DNA of 64,000 nt from Neophaeotheca triangularis (lineage: Eukaryota). Positions 50,229 through 61,565 of the stretch are shown in pieces. The notes under the pieces are model-generated. The model was not told where the DNA came from and did no database searches. It saw only the letters and a program-made list of their open reading frames with translations. Positions within the stretch are counted from its first letter, which is position 1, and each line of letters starts with the position of its first letter. The stretch is taken from NCBI GenBank assembly GCA_054600435.1, contig BAAIJX010000079.1, positions 1 to 64,000 on the forward strand, read 5' to 3'. Both the position numbers and the translations under genes were made by a program.

Positions 50229-53168
50229 TCATGCTCTAAAGTACGGCAGCTAGTAGCGTGCGCGCCTAGCTAACCTAGTCTCTATAGGAGGAGAGGCCTT
50301 CTAGCGGCGCACTAAAGGTGTCTAGGCCATAGCCTAAGGGCCTACGTCGTCTTCGGTAAGGTCTATGAATTCGACCTTCTTGGCGCTAGACAGAGGTACT
50401 TTCCCGGGAAAATGGAGGAGGACGGGAAGGGTTTCGGCTACGTCGCGGACAGTCTAGGAGATGCCGGAGGTATCGATTGTGACGGCGTCGAGCGCCTAGG
50501 CTTCTAGCCATTGTTTCTAGCTCTTTATCGTCTCCTACTCACCTTCCTACGGGCTAGGATCTTCGTAGATAGTGATGTCTCCCAAAATCATCCCTTTGTC
50601 CTATACGTCTTGTATTGCTTACATCCTCGCTCTTTGAACTTCCGCCGCCATGATAGCTATAGACTCGGAAGCTACCTTGACTAAGTCGTATTCCTTATGG
50701 GCCACCGCTATTAAGTTCATGGCCCTAGTGCGGACACCGTAGTCTACGCTGTTCATGTCCGACTTTATACTGTCGTAGTTAGTCTCCGCGTCCTAGAAGG
50801 TGCTAAGGGCGTTGATTCGCGCCTCGTAGAAGGCGAAAGCCTTCTAGTTGTACTCGCCTTAGAACTAGCTAGTACGGTACTAATCAATCTAACGCGCGGG
50901 GGAGGTCGGTTGTGAATGGCTCTATACGCCGGAGGCGCGGCGGAACGGGTTATTGCGGAGAGATAGGCTAGTAGGTGTGCGGTTAAACGGGTCGTTCATG
51001 GCGCTCGTATTAAGCGATAGGAAACGCTGTCCGCTACGCGAGCTATACGCTAGTTGTCTACCGCTAGAGGTAGGCTGCAACTACGCCTACTAGTTACCCG
51101 ATGTGCGAGGGTATTGGCCGGCTAGGGTAGCTTTTAGGTACTTATCTTTACGCCCCGAGAGGCCGCTAGACATTAGCGGAAGTTAGGCGCCTAGGACATA
51201 ACTACTATCGGCTAGGGTTCGCGCTTGGCCGGAGTATTAGGTTAGGTAATGGCCGCAGCGGTCCGGGGTAGCTGCTCCGTCGCTAGTGACGCGGTAGAGG
51301 TGGGGAGGAATCTAGAAACCGGCTTCTGACAACGTGGCCTAGTCGTTACCCGCTGCTGTCGTCGGCGAGGTGGAAGTGGACGGCAATCCCATGTAGCGGA
51401 GGGGTATAGGTGGCGGGAACGCCGCCATTCTTGCCATGGGTAGCTCTATGTCGGTATAGCGTTCCGCCGTGTCATCTAGTAGGATATTTCTCTATCCCTA
51501 GACTAGGGGCGGGGTGCGTAGAGTGGCGTTTCGTCCCTCTAACTAACTGTTGACAGTCACGTCGGTCATTAAGCGGTCGGGATGGCTACGGGGTAGCGAT
51601 ACTTGGTTGTCCATGAACTCGCGGTAGGCTAGAGAGATCCTATCCACATCGATAACCGTTAGCCAGCGTATTACTGTCTAGTCTACCTCGAGGTACTCCT
51701 CGTACTAGAACTTTTTGGCGCGGGCTTACCTCTACGTATAGTACGTGGACGGTTTAGTAGCGAGCGTGGGACGCTGCTATAGGAAGCTGCGCGGTAGGTT
51801 CGAGACTGTCGTCATCAGGTCTTTTTCTAGATCTCTAAGTGTCGTCAGGTAGTTGTATAGGTACCCGCTGCCGTAAAGCGTGTAGCATCCGTAGATGCAC
51901 GCATACTACTACTTCCTACTTATGTTTAACTAGAGGATGCCCGGGCGTCCCCTAGGGCGGCGGTTTAGTACTAGCTCGCCGCGAGCAGTAAAGGTCTCGG
52001 GCTAGTTACGGTACAAGATCTCGCTAGTCAGGAGAGAACGCTCCGATATAAGCATGAGCTCGAGCACGTCGCAATCTTCTAGCGCCGCATAGGTTAGTGG
52101 TAAGCTGTCGATGTCGAAACGGGAGTAGAAAGCGTAGTAGTAGTATAAGCCGGTGGTTTCGCCTAGGTTGAGCTCATGGCTAGGGTCACGTGTCATGCCG
52201 ATGCTCTCGGGGCGCTCCGGTAGCGTATACATTTAGTAGAAGTCGTAGGGAACCTTAGGGTTTCCGTACCACACAAAGTACGGGTTTGGTTACGCGCCTC
52301 CCATGTTAGCGAGGCAGTAAGTGATAAGGGGCTAGGGGCAAATCGTATAGAGTACCGCAAGACCGACCGCGCGGAGGACGAGTTCGAAGGCGCCGTCTTG
52401 CTTAAGGGTTTAGACGGACGAGTGTTCTCCCGCGGTCAGGAGTCGGACGGCCGCTACGACTATGTTGTTAAAAACACCGTTCGGTGTAAGGCTTTCGAGT
52501 GTTTCCTAGGGATGTAGTACTCCTAACGAGGTAGTTACGAGCTCATAGGCGTTGTCGATGAGCGCGACGTCTTGCGCCTTATTGCTATTACGTTAAGTAA
52601 CTAGTCGAAAGATAGAAGTAAACAGTGGATCGGCCTACTAGTAAACGGTAACGCAATTAGTAAGCGATTTGAAGGGTCGGAGCGAAGCTAGCTAGTAGGA
52701 GGCGTACTACTATAGACGGAAAGGGAGGTCGGTTTCGTGTAGCGCGAGTAGCTAAATTGTTCGAAGGTTGAGAGCGAGGTCTAAGAATGAAGGCGCTGCC
52801 GCCTTAAGGTCACAGAAAGTGTTATAGTATTCGGGAGTGTTAGGAAGGGTTATATCTACGCTTAGTCTTTCAAAAGCGACCTAGAGCTAACTGTCGCCCT
52901 CTCGGTAGCGGCGCGCGGCTTCTTCTACTGTCTCGTTAGGATTAAGCGCGCCCTATTAGATAAGTTCCTAGCGAGTGTTGTAACCGGGAAGATTTGTGAA
53001 AGGTGACGCCTGAGTTAGGGCCTAACGACGGATACGTAAGGCTTTCTTAGCCGGAGTCTAGGTTATGTCTACTACCGTGCCGGTAGGGACGCTGGGTTTG
53101 AATACCCGCGGCGTGAAAGTAGCGCGGCGGGGGTATAGAGGTAAGGTATACCTGTTTAGCGCCGGTAT
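50229..53168 (-). pseudogene. Extra retrotransposon ORF3, about 980 codons, unknown function (RIP-inactivated)
   Basis: One frame without frameshift; about 56 internal stops by hand count, all TAG/TAA (RIP-type); first in-frame TGA at 50229-50231; start inferred from ATA (RIPed ATG) at 53168. Confidence 0.75.
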
Positions 53169-53442
53169 CGATGTTACAAACCGAAACGCTTTAGAAGGTA
53201 GTTGTGAAGAAGGTAGGGCTAGAGACGGTTAGGATGTTAGTTAAGTCGGTTGTTATAAGTTGAAAGGTAGGAGTTATGGTTAGGAAAAGGTGTCGAGGTA
53301 AGTGTTGTTGTTAGTATTGTTATGAAGCTAGCTAGCGCGTAAGCGAGCGGAAACGCGGCGCCAAGCCGCGGTTACGACGTCACCCCTAACGATGGCGTCG
53401 GTATCGATAAGGTGATAGTGATAAGGAGGTGTACACGACACC

Positions 53443-56400
53443 TTAGGCCTGTCTATAGAAGGCTAGTGTGGCAGACCTCGTCTACCTCCTGACTTCCCTA
53501 CTAGTACAGATAGGGCGAGTCGGTATCACTAGGATTAGTACGCGGTTTGCCGTGGATGCTTGCTACTATTCTTCTCTAGTTTCAGTGTCGGTGGGGGCGG
53601 CGCTCTTAGCCGCCGCTACTAGGGCAGGATTAGTTATTAGGGTATTAGGCTTCCTACCCTTAACCCTAAGGTCTCCCTCCGTACCGGGGTACAGCTCGTC
53701 ATATTGGGCGACCATTTCTCGTGCGTCTAGTAGGTCGTCGATGTCGTACCATACGTTATGAGCTGGCCCCTAGCCGAGCCACTAGACAAGGTACTGTCTA
53801 ATGTCTTTCCCCTATTGCTTTCTCGTTCTACGTGCTAGTAGCCTCTTAATCTCGTATACTCCGACTCCGTCTTCATCTAGGTATACGGGCCTAGGCTCGC
53901 CGGGTTCCTAGCTGTAAGGGTCTAAGCTAGTTAGCGCCGGTTCGAGCTATATAACGGACACGACGGGGTGTATTTTCCAGTGCGGTAGGAGTTCTAGCTC
54001 GTAAGCCAGCTTCCCGACGACCTTAGAGATCTTGAAAGGGCCATATCGCTAGGCCGCTAGTTTCTTTAGGATAAAACCAGGTATTAAGTAACCACGCTAG
54101 AGGCGGAGTAGGATGTTTTGACCCTTTTTGAACCGGATTAGACGGTAGGCTTAGTCGTATCTGTCCTTTATGGCTACTACTACCATCGAGAGAGCGTCTA
54201 TTGCTTAATCGCGGGCTACCTGTCGTAGGGCGACGTAGTCTGCGACCGGAAGCTTAATTAGAGGGTCTAAGGCATCAAGGTTAGATTTGAAACCCTAGAT
54301 GAGGATGTTCGGCACTTATGCCGTCGATACGTTCACGGCGTTGTTTATCGACGATTGTATGTGCGTTAGGGCTACTACCTAGGGGGTATCCGGGTTGCCG
54401 TAGACGAAGAACCGGAGTGCGATCTCGATAGTCTAATTAGTGCGCTCCGACTGCCCGTCGGTCTACGGGTAGTAAGTAGTGGAGGCAAGGAAGCGAGTGT
54501 TTAACTTGGCAAACACTCCCTTCTAGAAAGCGGAAAGCCACAAGGGGTCCCGGTCACCGATAAGCATATAGGGGATATTCCACTCCGCGCTACGGAGAGC
54601 TTCTAGCCATACCGCCGCCCATTCCGGTACGTTCTAGTCGTTCCGCCCCTTGACCAGCAAGATTTTTTTGGAAAAACGGTCTGTGACCGTGAGCATTACG
54701 TCAAAGCCATCTGGCGTTAGAGGAAGCCCCGTTACCTAGTCGGCTGTCTAGGTATAGTAGGGGATCAGCTTGACTTGAGTAGGTTGTAGTTCGCCGAGCG
54801 GCTTAGATCGGAGAGTTTAGCACACCATGTAGTCGGGGCAATACGCGATGTAGCGCTAGAGCTTGTCTACTAGTCGGCGGATGTAAAAACTAGCCTATAT
54901 GCGGGAGTAAGTCCGGAAGAAGCCTACGTGATAGTAGTTATCATGTGCCATGCGGAAAATTTCTTGGAACAAGGGCTTAGGGATGTAAAGTCGTTCGCGG
55001 CTATCTTCCTCGTCGCGGAAATAGATCAACCGGTCTCGTAGAAAGAAGCGCAGTCTAAGGGGACTAGACTCTAGTTCGCCGGCAACATCCTCTAAGCTGC
55101 CCGCCTAGCCGTCGCTTTACGTAGTGGCGTTGTCTAAGGTAGTACGGGCTTCGCACTACTCTAGCTACTAGAGTCGCGGCTGCTAGAAAGTGTCGTTTAC
55201 GTAGCCGGTTCGAATCTCCTCTTTGAAACCGTCGTCTATTACGACTAGGGTGGTATGGAACACTACCGTTATCTATTCCTCGGCGAAATTGTTGTAGTAG
55301 GCGGCCATACTGCTATCGAAATAGTTCTCGTCGGCAGCCTAATTGGCCTCCTCGTAGCCAAGAGGGTCGAGGGTATCGGTATCTGGTTCCTTTGTTGTAG
55401 TGGCTCTATCGCCTAGTAGACGGCTAAGGGCGTCTAGGACTAGGTGGATTCGTCCCGGGCGGTACCTAACGTCGAGGTCGAACTAGCTAAGGTACTACGC
55501 TACCCGGACTAGGCGGAGGTTCAACTTATTAGTTGAAGTAGTCGTGGTAAGGCTAGAGTGGCTTGCTAATGCCGCGACGGCGGAGTGATCCGTGAAGACC
55601 ACCGTTGATTTTGTGAACGCCTAGATCATATGGCGGGCTTTTCGTAATAGCTATACCATGCCGGCCATTTCGAGCTCCGTGGGCTAGTAATTCTTTTCGG
55701 CCGTCGTAAGAGCTTTACTGAGGAATGCTACTAGTTAGATGTCGTGACGGGGGAAATGCAATGCTTTTCCCCTGTTCATTACAGGTTCTAGGTCCCCTGC
55801 CACTATATAGACCACTACTCTAAAGCCGAATTCCTTTGATGCATCGACATCGGTATATAGCTGACAGGTAGGGTCGATGTAATATAGGAACGGTGTGTCG
55901 CGGAAAATGCCCTGTAGTACCGCGAAGGCGCGGTAGGCTGCTTCCCAAATTGAATCGTCTAGGGAAACCGGCGTCTTCTCTAAAAACCGTTTACGCGCTC
56001 CGCCTTTAAGCGGGCTGTCCTTAAGGAGGGCCGTCTTTAGCATTTGCAATAGCTACACGATCTAGGCGTAGTAGGGCACGCATTGCCGTAGCTAGCTAGT
56101 GAGTCTAAGGTACTTTTCTAGGTCTTTGAGCGTTCGGGGAAACTAGAGGTCGACAATAGCCTTAACCTTGTCGTCATGGGTAGCTAGGCCGAGCCCGCTA
56201 ACCTACTAGCCTAGGAGGGTTATGGAGGGGAAACCTAGGAAGGTCTTCGCTAGGCTTAGACTGACTTTAACGGTGTTAAGGCGGCTAAACACCTATGCTA
56301 GGTAGTCTAGGTGTTCTTCTAGGGAGTGTAAGAACACCACGATATCGTCGATGTACGTATGGTAGAAAGGTCTTAGGTCGCGGAGAAGGTTGTCTAACTC

Positions 56401-57888
56401 TCTCTATACATAGGCGATCGAGTTCTTAAAACCCATTACCGCTACCTTAAAGACCTCTTGACCGCGATAGGAGTTCACCGCCAACTTGTGACGGTCTTAG
56501 GCCGCTACTAACCATTAGTAGAAAAAACTGACTGCGTCTATAGTGGATATGAATTAGCAGCCGCGCGTTACCTATAGTAGGTCCTCTTGTAGGGGAAGGG
56601 GGTAGCTGTCCTTCTAGGTAACTTTGTTTAGCCCGCGGATGTCGACTACTACTCGGCCTTTTCGAACCGGCAGCCCGTCCTTAATAACTGTTTTCTAGAC
56701 AACGAAAACTAGGGAGGCAAAACGGGTGTGCTCGGTGCTCCACTCCATCTTGCCTTATACATAGAGCGGATCGAGCGTGTTGTCGACGACTTTTCGATCT
56801 ACTACGCTGAGTGGGAAACCCTTTAAAGAAAGCTTGGCGGATTCCTAACCGTCACGAAGGGGTATCGGCATATGGCGCTACTCGGGAATGTCCACGTAGC
56901 GACCTTTGTCGATGAAAAGCTCCGGGAAGGACTACACTAATTTCTCTAGTGCGGTTACTTGGTCTTACGCTCCGTACACGGTAACGCCGTTTAACAGGAC
57001 GGTCTACTCTACCCGGGGCACTTCCTTATAGAAGGCTGTCTTTAATGGGAGGGCGGCGAGACAGTGACTGTCTAGTTCGACATGGTAACTGCCTTCTTCT
57101 ACCCATTCCGAGACACGACTGAGTGTTAATCCCTCGTGGACGGACACGGCTAGTGAGGTGTCATTGCGAACCATTACGAAGCTGCACTAGGCATCTATAG
57201 CATAGTTGTAGCTAGTGAGGCCGGCTGGCAAATTAGGCGACGGTGTAAACTAGGAGTCTCTGTTTCGTGGTAGGAGTGGGAATGTGGCTTCGACCCTTAG
57301 TAACGAGTTTGGTAGGACCTGGCATTGTTTCGCTACTATAACTGATCTAGCGGTACGCATTCTGTCCCGCTGTTTAACTAGGAGCGGGGCCTACGCTCCA
57401 GTATAGGTACCTAAGGTGACTAACTTCCTCGGGATGTCGATCTTCATGCGCTATAGAGATATGATATCCATGGCTAAAAGCATGAGCGGTTTGAGGTCCC
57501 GCATAACGTGCACCTCATGTCTCATTTCGTAGAGGACTCTCTATCCACTAGAAGCCGCGGGAATCTAGAAAGTAAGCAAAACATGTTCGCGGACCTCCCT
57601 TAACGAAGGGCCCACTCCTCGCACTCGAAACGGTAATTTAGACTTGATACGAGATATGGTAGGGAGCTGCGATAAGAGGAAATGTTCGTCGATGATAGAT
57701 ACTACCGCGCTAGTATCGAGGCAGACGGGGGTGTCTATATTTTGCTGCTAGAAACAGACAGGTATTCTAAGGTAATGGAAATTTCGAAATGCGTATCCCT
57801 CGTATACGGCACCTAGGGCCTACGACTTGACCATGGGTAGGCTCTTAGTCGGATCAGTAATTGTCTGCCCTAGGGCTTTGCCGGCTAG
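53443..57888 (-). pseudogene. pol: Gypsy pol: protease, RT, RNase H, integrase, chromodomain (end approximate)
   Basis: CLDT(G)AVVSIIDEHF near 57710; FISTIDAVSFFY(Q)W near 56530; YIDDIVV near 56350; DVDASKEFGF near 55840; HDN..H.GFFR and DGQSERT in IN; YGPFKI..KLAYEL..HPVVSV; chromodomain YEI.RLLARR..YLV.WLG.GPAHNVWY near 53700-53860. Confidence 0.95.
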
Positions 57889-60800
57889 TCAGGCAGGATC
57901 GCTATACTCGGCTCGCAGGTAGCGATACAGTGCGTTTTTAGTGCCGAACTTAGTTTTGTAGTGCTAGCATCGTTGCTTTACTGGCCTCGGGGACGCTACG
58001 ATAAGCGGTCGTAGCGCCTACTCGGTTATTAGTGTAATGGATACGACGCTACGGAGTGTAGGGCTGTGCTAGGGGAGCACCTTATTGACATATGTATCGA
58101 AAACGTCGTCCTCGGGAGCATAAAGATCATCGCTATTAGTGCCGTAGGCGATTAGGTCTACGAAGTTGTTCTTAAACTCGGCGAGGACATCCTCGCCTTC
58201 TAACTACATTTCTTCACCCTCGTCATCTATAAAGTTGTTAGAAGGGCGCGAGTCTTGGCGATTCTAGCTTTAGCGGTTTTGATTGCGCCAGGTTGCCGCT
58301 AGTTATTACTAGGCTAGTGTGTTGCGCCCCGCCTAGCCATCTCGTGGTGGCGCCGTATCTAAGCGGCGTTTAGCCGAAACGGACGCGTTTCTAAATGGTA
58401 GCGCTTAGGGCGTCTAAGTTAGCCTTTCGCTTAGGCGGGCGCTACTAGGAAGAAACGGCTGGCGTTGTGCTAGAGCCTATTAGGGGGGATTAGTCTGTAG
58501 GCGGAAACCGTTATTGTTGTTTCGTCTAGAACGGCAGTTGTTGAAGCCGCGGTCCTAGATGCTGTCAAATCGCTTACTAGACTCGGCTAGCTGAACTATC
58601 GGACGATTTAGGTAAAGGTCAGTCTAGGTGTCGAAACAGTCCTCTATTTAACGGATGAGGCTCTCTTAGGTTGTTCTTCTATTAGGCTTAGGGATGTTTT
58701 GGCGAAGGGGGGCCTCAATTTTGAGCTAACATTAGGAGAGGCGAGCTGTAAGGCTATCAATTTTGGCCTCCTACGCCTATCGAGTACAACTAAGAACGAA
58801 TTCGGAGGGGGCGCGGCCACTACGCACGTCGTTACGTGTATAGGCCTCCCGGTTAAGGTTACTCATGGCAGTTATGACTAAGACTCGGAATTTATTGCGT
58901 AGGGCTTTTTCCCATCTCTTGATGCTAGAACTACCCCGGAGGTGCCGTCGCTCCGACTTAGTTAGCTACGACATGAGCTAAATAGAAGCTCCTCCGCGAA
59001 GGCACTTCCCTAGGTGTTTATGCGTTTCGGACGACGAATTCACTTCGGCGTAGTCTCTAGTAGATTCCAAGAAGAAATGCACTGATCGATAGTACTACTT
59101 GTTCTAGGCTATAACCTAGTCTCTAGCTAGTGCCTTAGCCGTGCTAAGGTAGGGGTCAAAGTACCTAACCTCCTCCGCTTTAAAGGGGGCATGTTTAGAT
59201 CGAGAGCGAGAGCCGCTACGTTAGGGGCTGTCGACTCGGTCGCCGGAGTCTTCGCGATAGCGGCAGTACCCGCTCCCACGGGAGCGGCGATTACGGCAGT
59301 TACGCCTACGGCTTCGGGATAGGCTGTTAGACGAGGATGATCCCGAGCTTAGGCTAGAGCTACTACTCGGGTCTTAACGCCGGTGGTAGCGAGTGCTATA
59401 GCGGCGTGGCTCGCGGTGGTGACTACGTCCACGAGGCTCGGCTAGAGGTTAAGCGTCGGCTAGGTGTTCGTTTGGCTCCTACGCCTAGAGGTTACCTCTA
59501 CGAAGCCGCTCGGAGCGCGAGTAGTAGCTATCTAGGCGGCTGACAATACGAGAGCCGAAATTCGACTCGACTAAGGGCATGGCGTAGGCATGTTCGTTAT
59601 AGAGATAGCGGTCGATTACGCTAGGAGCACTTACGGGGCCCGAGGGCTAGTTAGCTAGTAGGATGTCGTTTTGCGTAGGACTAGTAGCTACACTCTATCG
59701 GTTCTCTTCGTTACGGGACTCTTTACGGGCGGCAATTAAGTCGCGAATCTCGTTGAAACGAGCTTCGACGTACGCCTCGTTACGTTCTTAGACTTGCTGT
59801 ATCGATTCCTATAAGAGACCTCGGATCGCGTCGAGAGTTAGCACTTAGGCCTATTACTAGGGCGGTCGCTAGGCCGGCTGTTATAGGGGCGGTTACGCCG
59901 GCTACTGTAGCGGCTACTGCGGCGGCTACTACTACGGCTACTCGGGGTAAGGGGGGGCTACTAAGCGGTTTCGCTATACGCGCCTAGGCTAGTCGGGTTC
60001 CCCGTGTACGTCGGCCATAGTAGCTAGCTGCGTTAGGGGTAATAGGGGGTAGGAGGTAAGTTGTTCGAAACGGTGTGGGATATAGCGGAAACTCATGACA
60101 GACGCTTAAGTCGAGGGGGAAGACAGGCGTAGGCTAACTTCGACAGCTGAGTCTGTATTACTAAGACGGGCTAGTTGTATTAGATCGAAGAGAGGCGGCT
60201 CGTTAGGCTAGGCGGGGTTGTCACTTATTGTAGTGCTAAGCGGGGACGAAGAGGGTAGGGGGACTTAGGGTGGAGTCGTAGGGGTAGTGGGTAAGGGGAT
60301 CTACGGGGGGGATAGTTAGGTCTAGGGGGTAGGTAGAGGGATCTAAGGAGGAGACAGGGCGGGCAAGGTAGCTCGGGTAATAGGAGGGAGCTAGCGGTTC
60401 TACGACGGGCGTATCGTGCGGGGAGCGAATGTGGCCGCTAGTATGTCGGCTAGCGTAGATCTCTCGTGCCCAAATTGGAGGCGTAGGTAGTGCCGGATCC
60501 GTTCGTACTAAGCTAGGAAAGTCTTTACTGTAGCGGTAATGAGGGTCTTGTCGACGGACCACTACTCTAGGAAACCGAATTCCCCTTAGGGGGCTCCTCT
60601 AGGGTATACGGCGGTGACCTTCTTAGTAGCTTAGTGTAGCGTCTTGTAGCGGTTCTTCAATGCTTTCGACCGTGTAGGATTAGTGTAGAAGCAAAAGAGT
60701 TAATGAGCTTCCTTAATGTTGTCGGCACTTAACTAGGGTAAGGGTAAGGAAGCCACGGTTACGAAAGGGAAAGACGGCTTAGAGCTTGTTTACTATGTGA

Positions 60801-61100
60801 GGCGTAGCTGCCGAATCGGACAATGGTTATATCTAGGCGGTTTATCGCGATTTGAGTAAAGGGCGGCAGAAAAGGGTGTTATGAGCGTAGCTCGGAGGGG
60901 CGAGAGGTTAGGGTCGCTAGCCTCGTGTAGTACCGGGCTATAAGGCGCCTAGGCGCGTATAGAGATGCTTGCGATCTTCTTAGACGCTTGTCTACTCTCT
61001 ACTGTTTCGATGTCACCCTCGATAGCTCTTTTTCCACTCGGCTCTATACCGAGCTCTCGACTCTACTACTAAGGCCTAGTTCTAATTGCTTTAGTCAGCG
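57889..61100 (-). pseudogene. gag: Gypsy gag (long, Pro/Arg-rich, C-terminal C2H2-type zinc finger); start approximate
   Basis: Same frame as pol; FKAEEV(G)YFDP near 59160; RC.H(C)KT.FGTKNAL(H)R(H)LRAE(H) near 57904-57970; ends at TGA 57889-57891. Confidence 0.75.
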
Positions 61101-61150
61101 TCGGTCCGGGCTAGCATAGGTCACTTAGGACGGGTAAGGTCGCCGGGAGC

Positions 61151-61350
61151 TAGTCGGTTCGTGCTGACGTAATCGGTTTAAGCTAACGGAGACGGTTTAG
61201 AGTAAGCGAGTCGGTTTAGACCAATGAAGTCGGTTTGACCGAAGCGAGTCGGTTTGAGCTAATGGAGTCGGTTTAAGCAGGTCTAGTCGGTTTAAACTAG
61301 CGGAGTCGGTTTGGGCGGGTCGAGTCGGTTTGAAACGGCGGAGTCGGTTT
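61151..61350 (-). repeat. 19-bp-phased (GAGT)CGGTTT array, 11 units with variable spacers
   Basis: CGGTT starts at 61155, 61174, 61193, 61212, 61231, 61250, 61269, 61288, 61307, 61326, 61345. Confidence 0.95.
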
Positions 61351-61393
61351 GAAGAAACTGTCTAGGGATGATCTTGATAGATCTTGACCTTCT

Positions 61394-61402
61394 CAGCTAC
61401 TA
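61394..61402 (-). other. Putative primer binding site (tRNA-iMet-like)
   Basis: TAGTAGCTG 2 nt downstream of the 5' LTR; one RIP-type reversal gives TGGTAGCTG, complementary to a ...CAGCUACCA tRNA 3' end (recalled for Neurospora initiator tRNA, not verified here). Confidence 0.6.
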
Positions 61403-61404
61403 CT

Positions 61405-61565
61405 TGACACAGTATGACAGTATGGGTTAGTATATGTGGTATGTGAAAGATAGGATAGACTCTCTATCTACAGCTAAAGCTAGAAGTATACACTATACAC
61501 ACTCTCTCCCCCTCTAGGTAGGAAGCCACAAGCTACACCCACACCAGATAACTCCTACCATAACA
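61405..61565 (-). repeat. 5' LTR (161 bp)
   Basis: TG...CA, matches 49207-49367. Confidence 0.97.

Larger units (their letters stand above)
49207..61565 (-). mobile_element. Full-length Ty3/Gypsy chromovirus-type LTR retrotransposon (12,359 bp), RIP-mutated
   Basis: TG...CA 161-bp direct repeats, TTCTT duplication at 49202-49206 and 61566-61570, PR-RT-RH-IN-chromodomain order on the minus strand. Confidence 0.97.

Noticed and set aside
50229..53168. Retroviral-type envelope gene
   Set aside because: The position fits, but no signal peptide, furin site or C-terminal transmembrane anchor was evident in the hand translation.
60236..60562. 108-aa ORF in the track as a separate retroelement gene
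   Set aside because: It is in a different frame from the continuous gag frame and is stop-free by chance in Pro-rich sequence.
61151..61350. CRISPR array (conserved repeat plus variable spacer)
   Set aside because: The 10-bp core and 9-bp spacer are far too short, the context is eukaryotic, and there are no cas genes; reported as a phased motif array instead.
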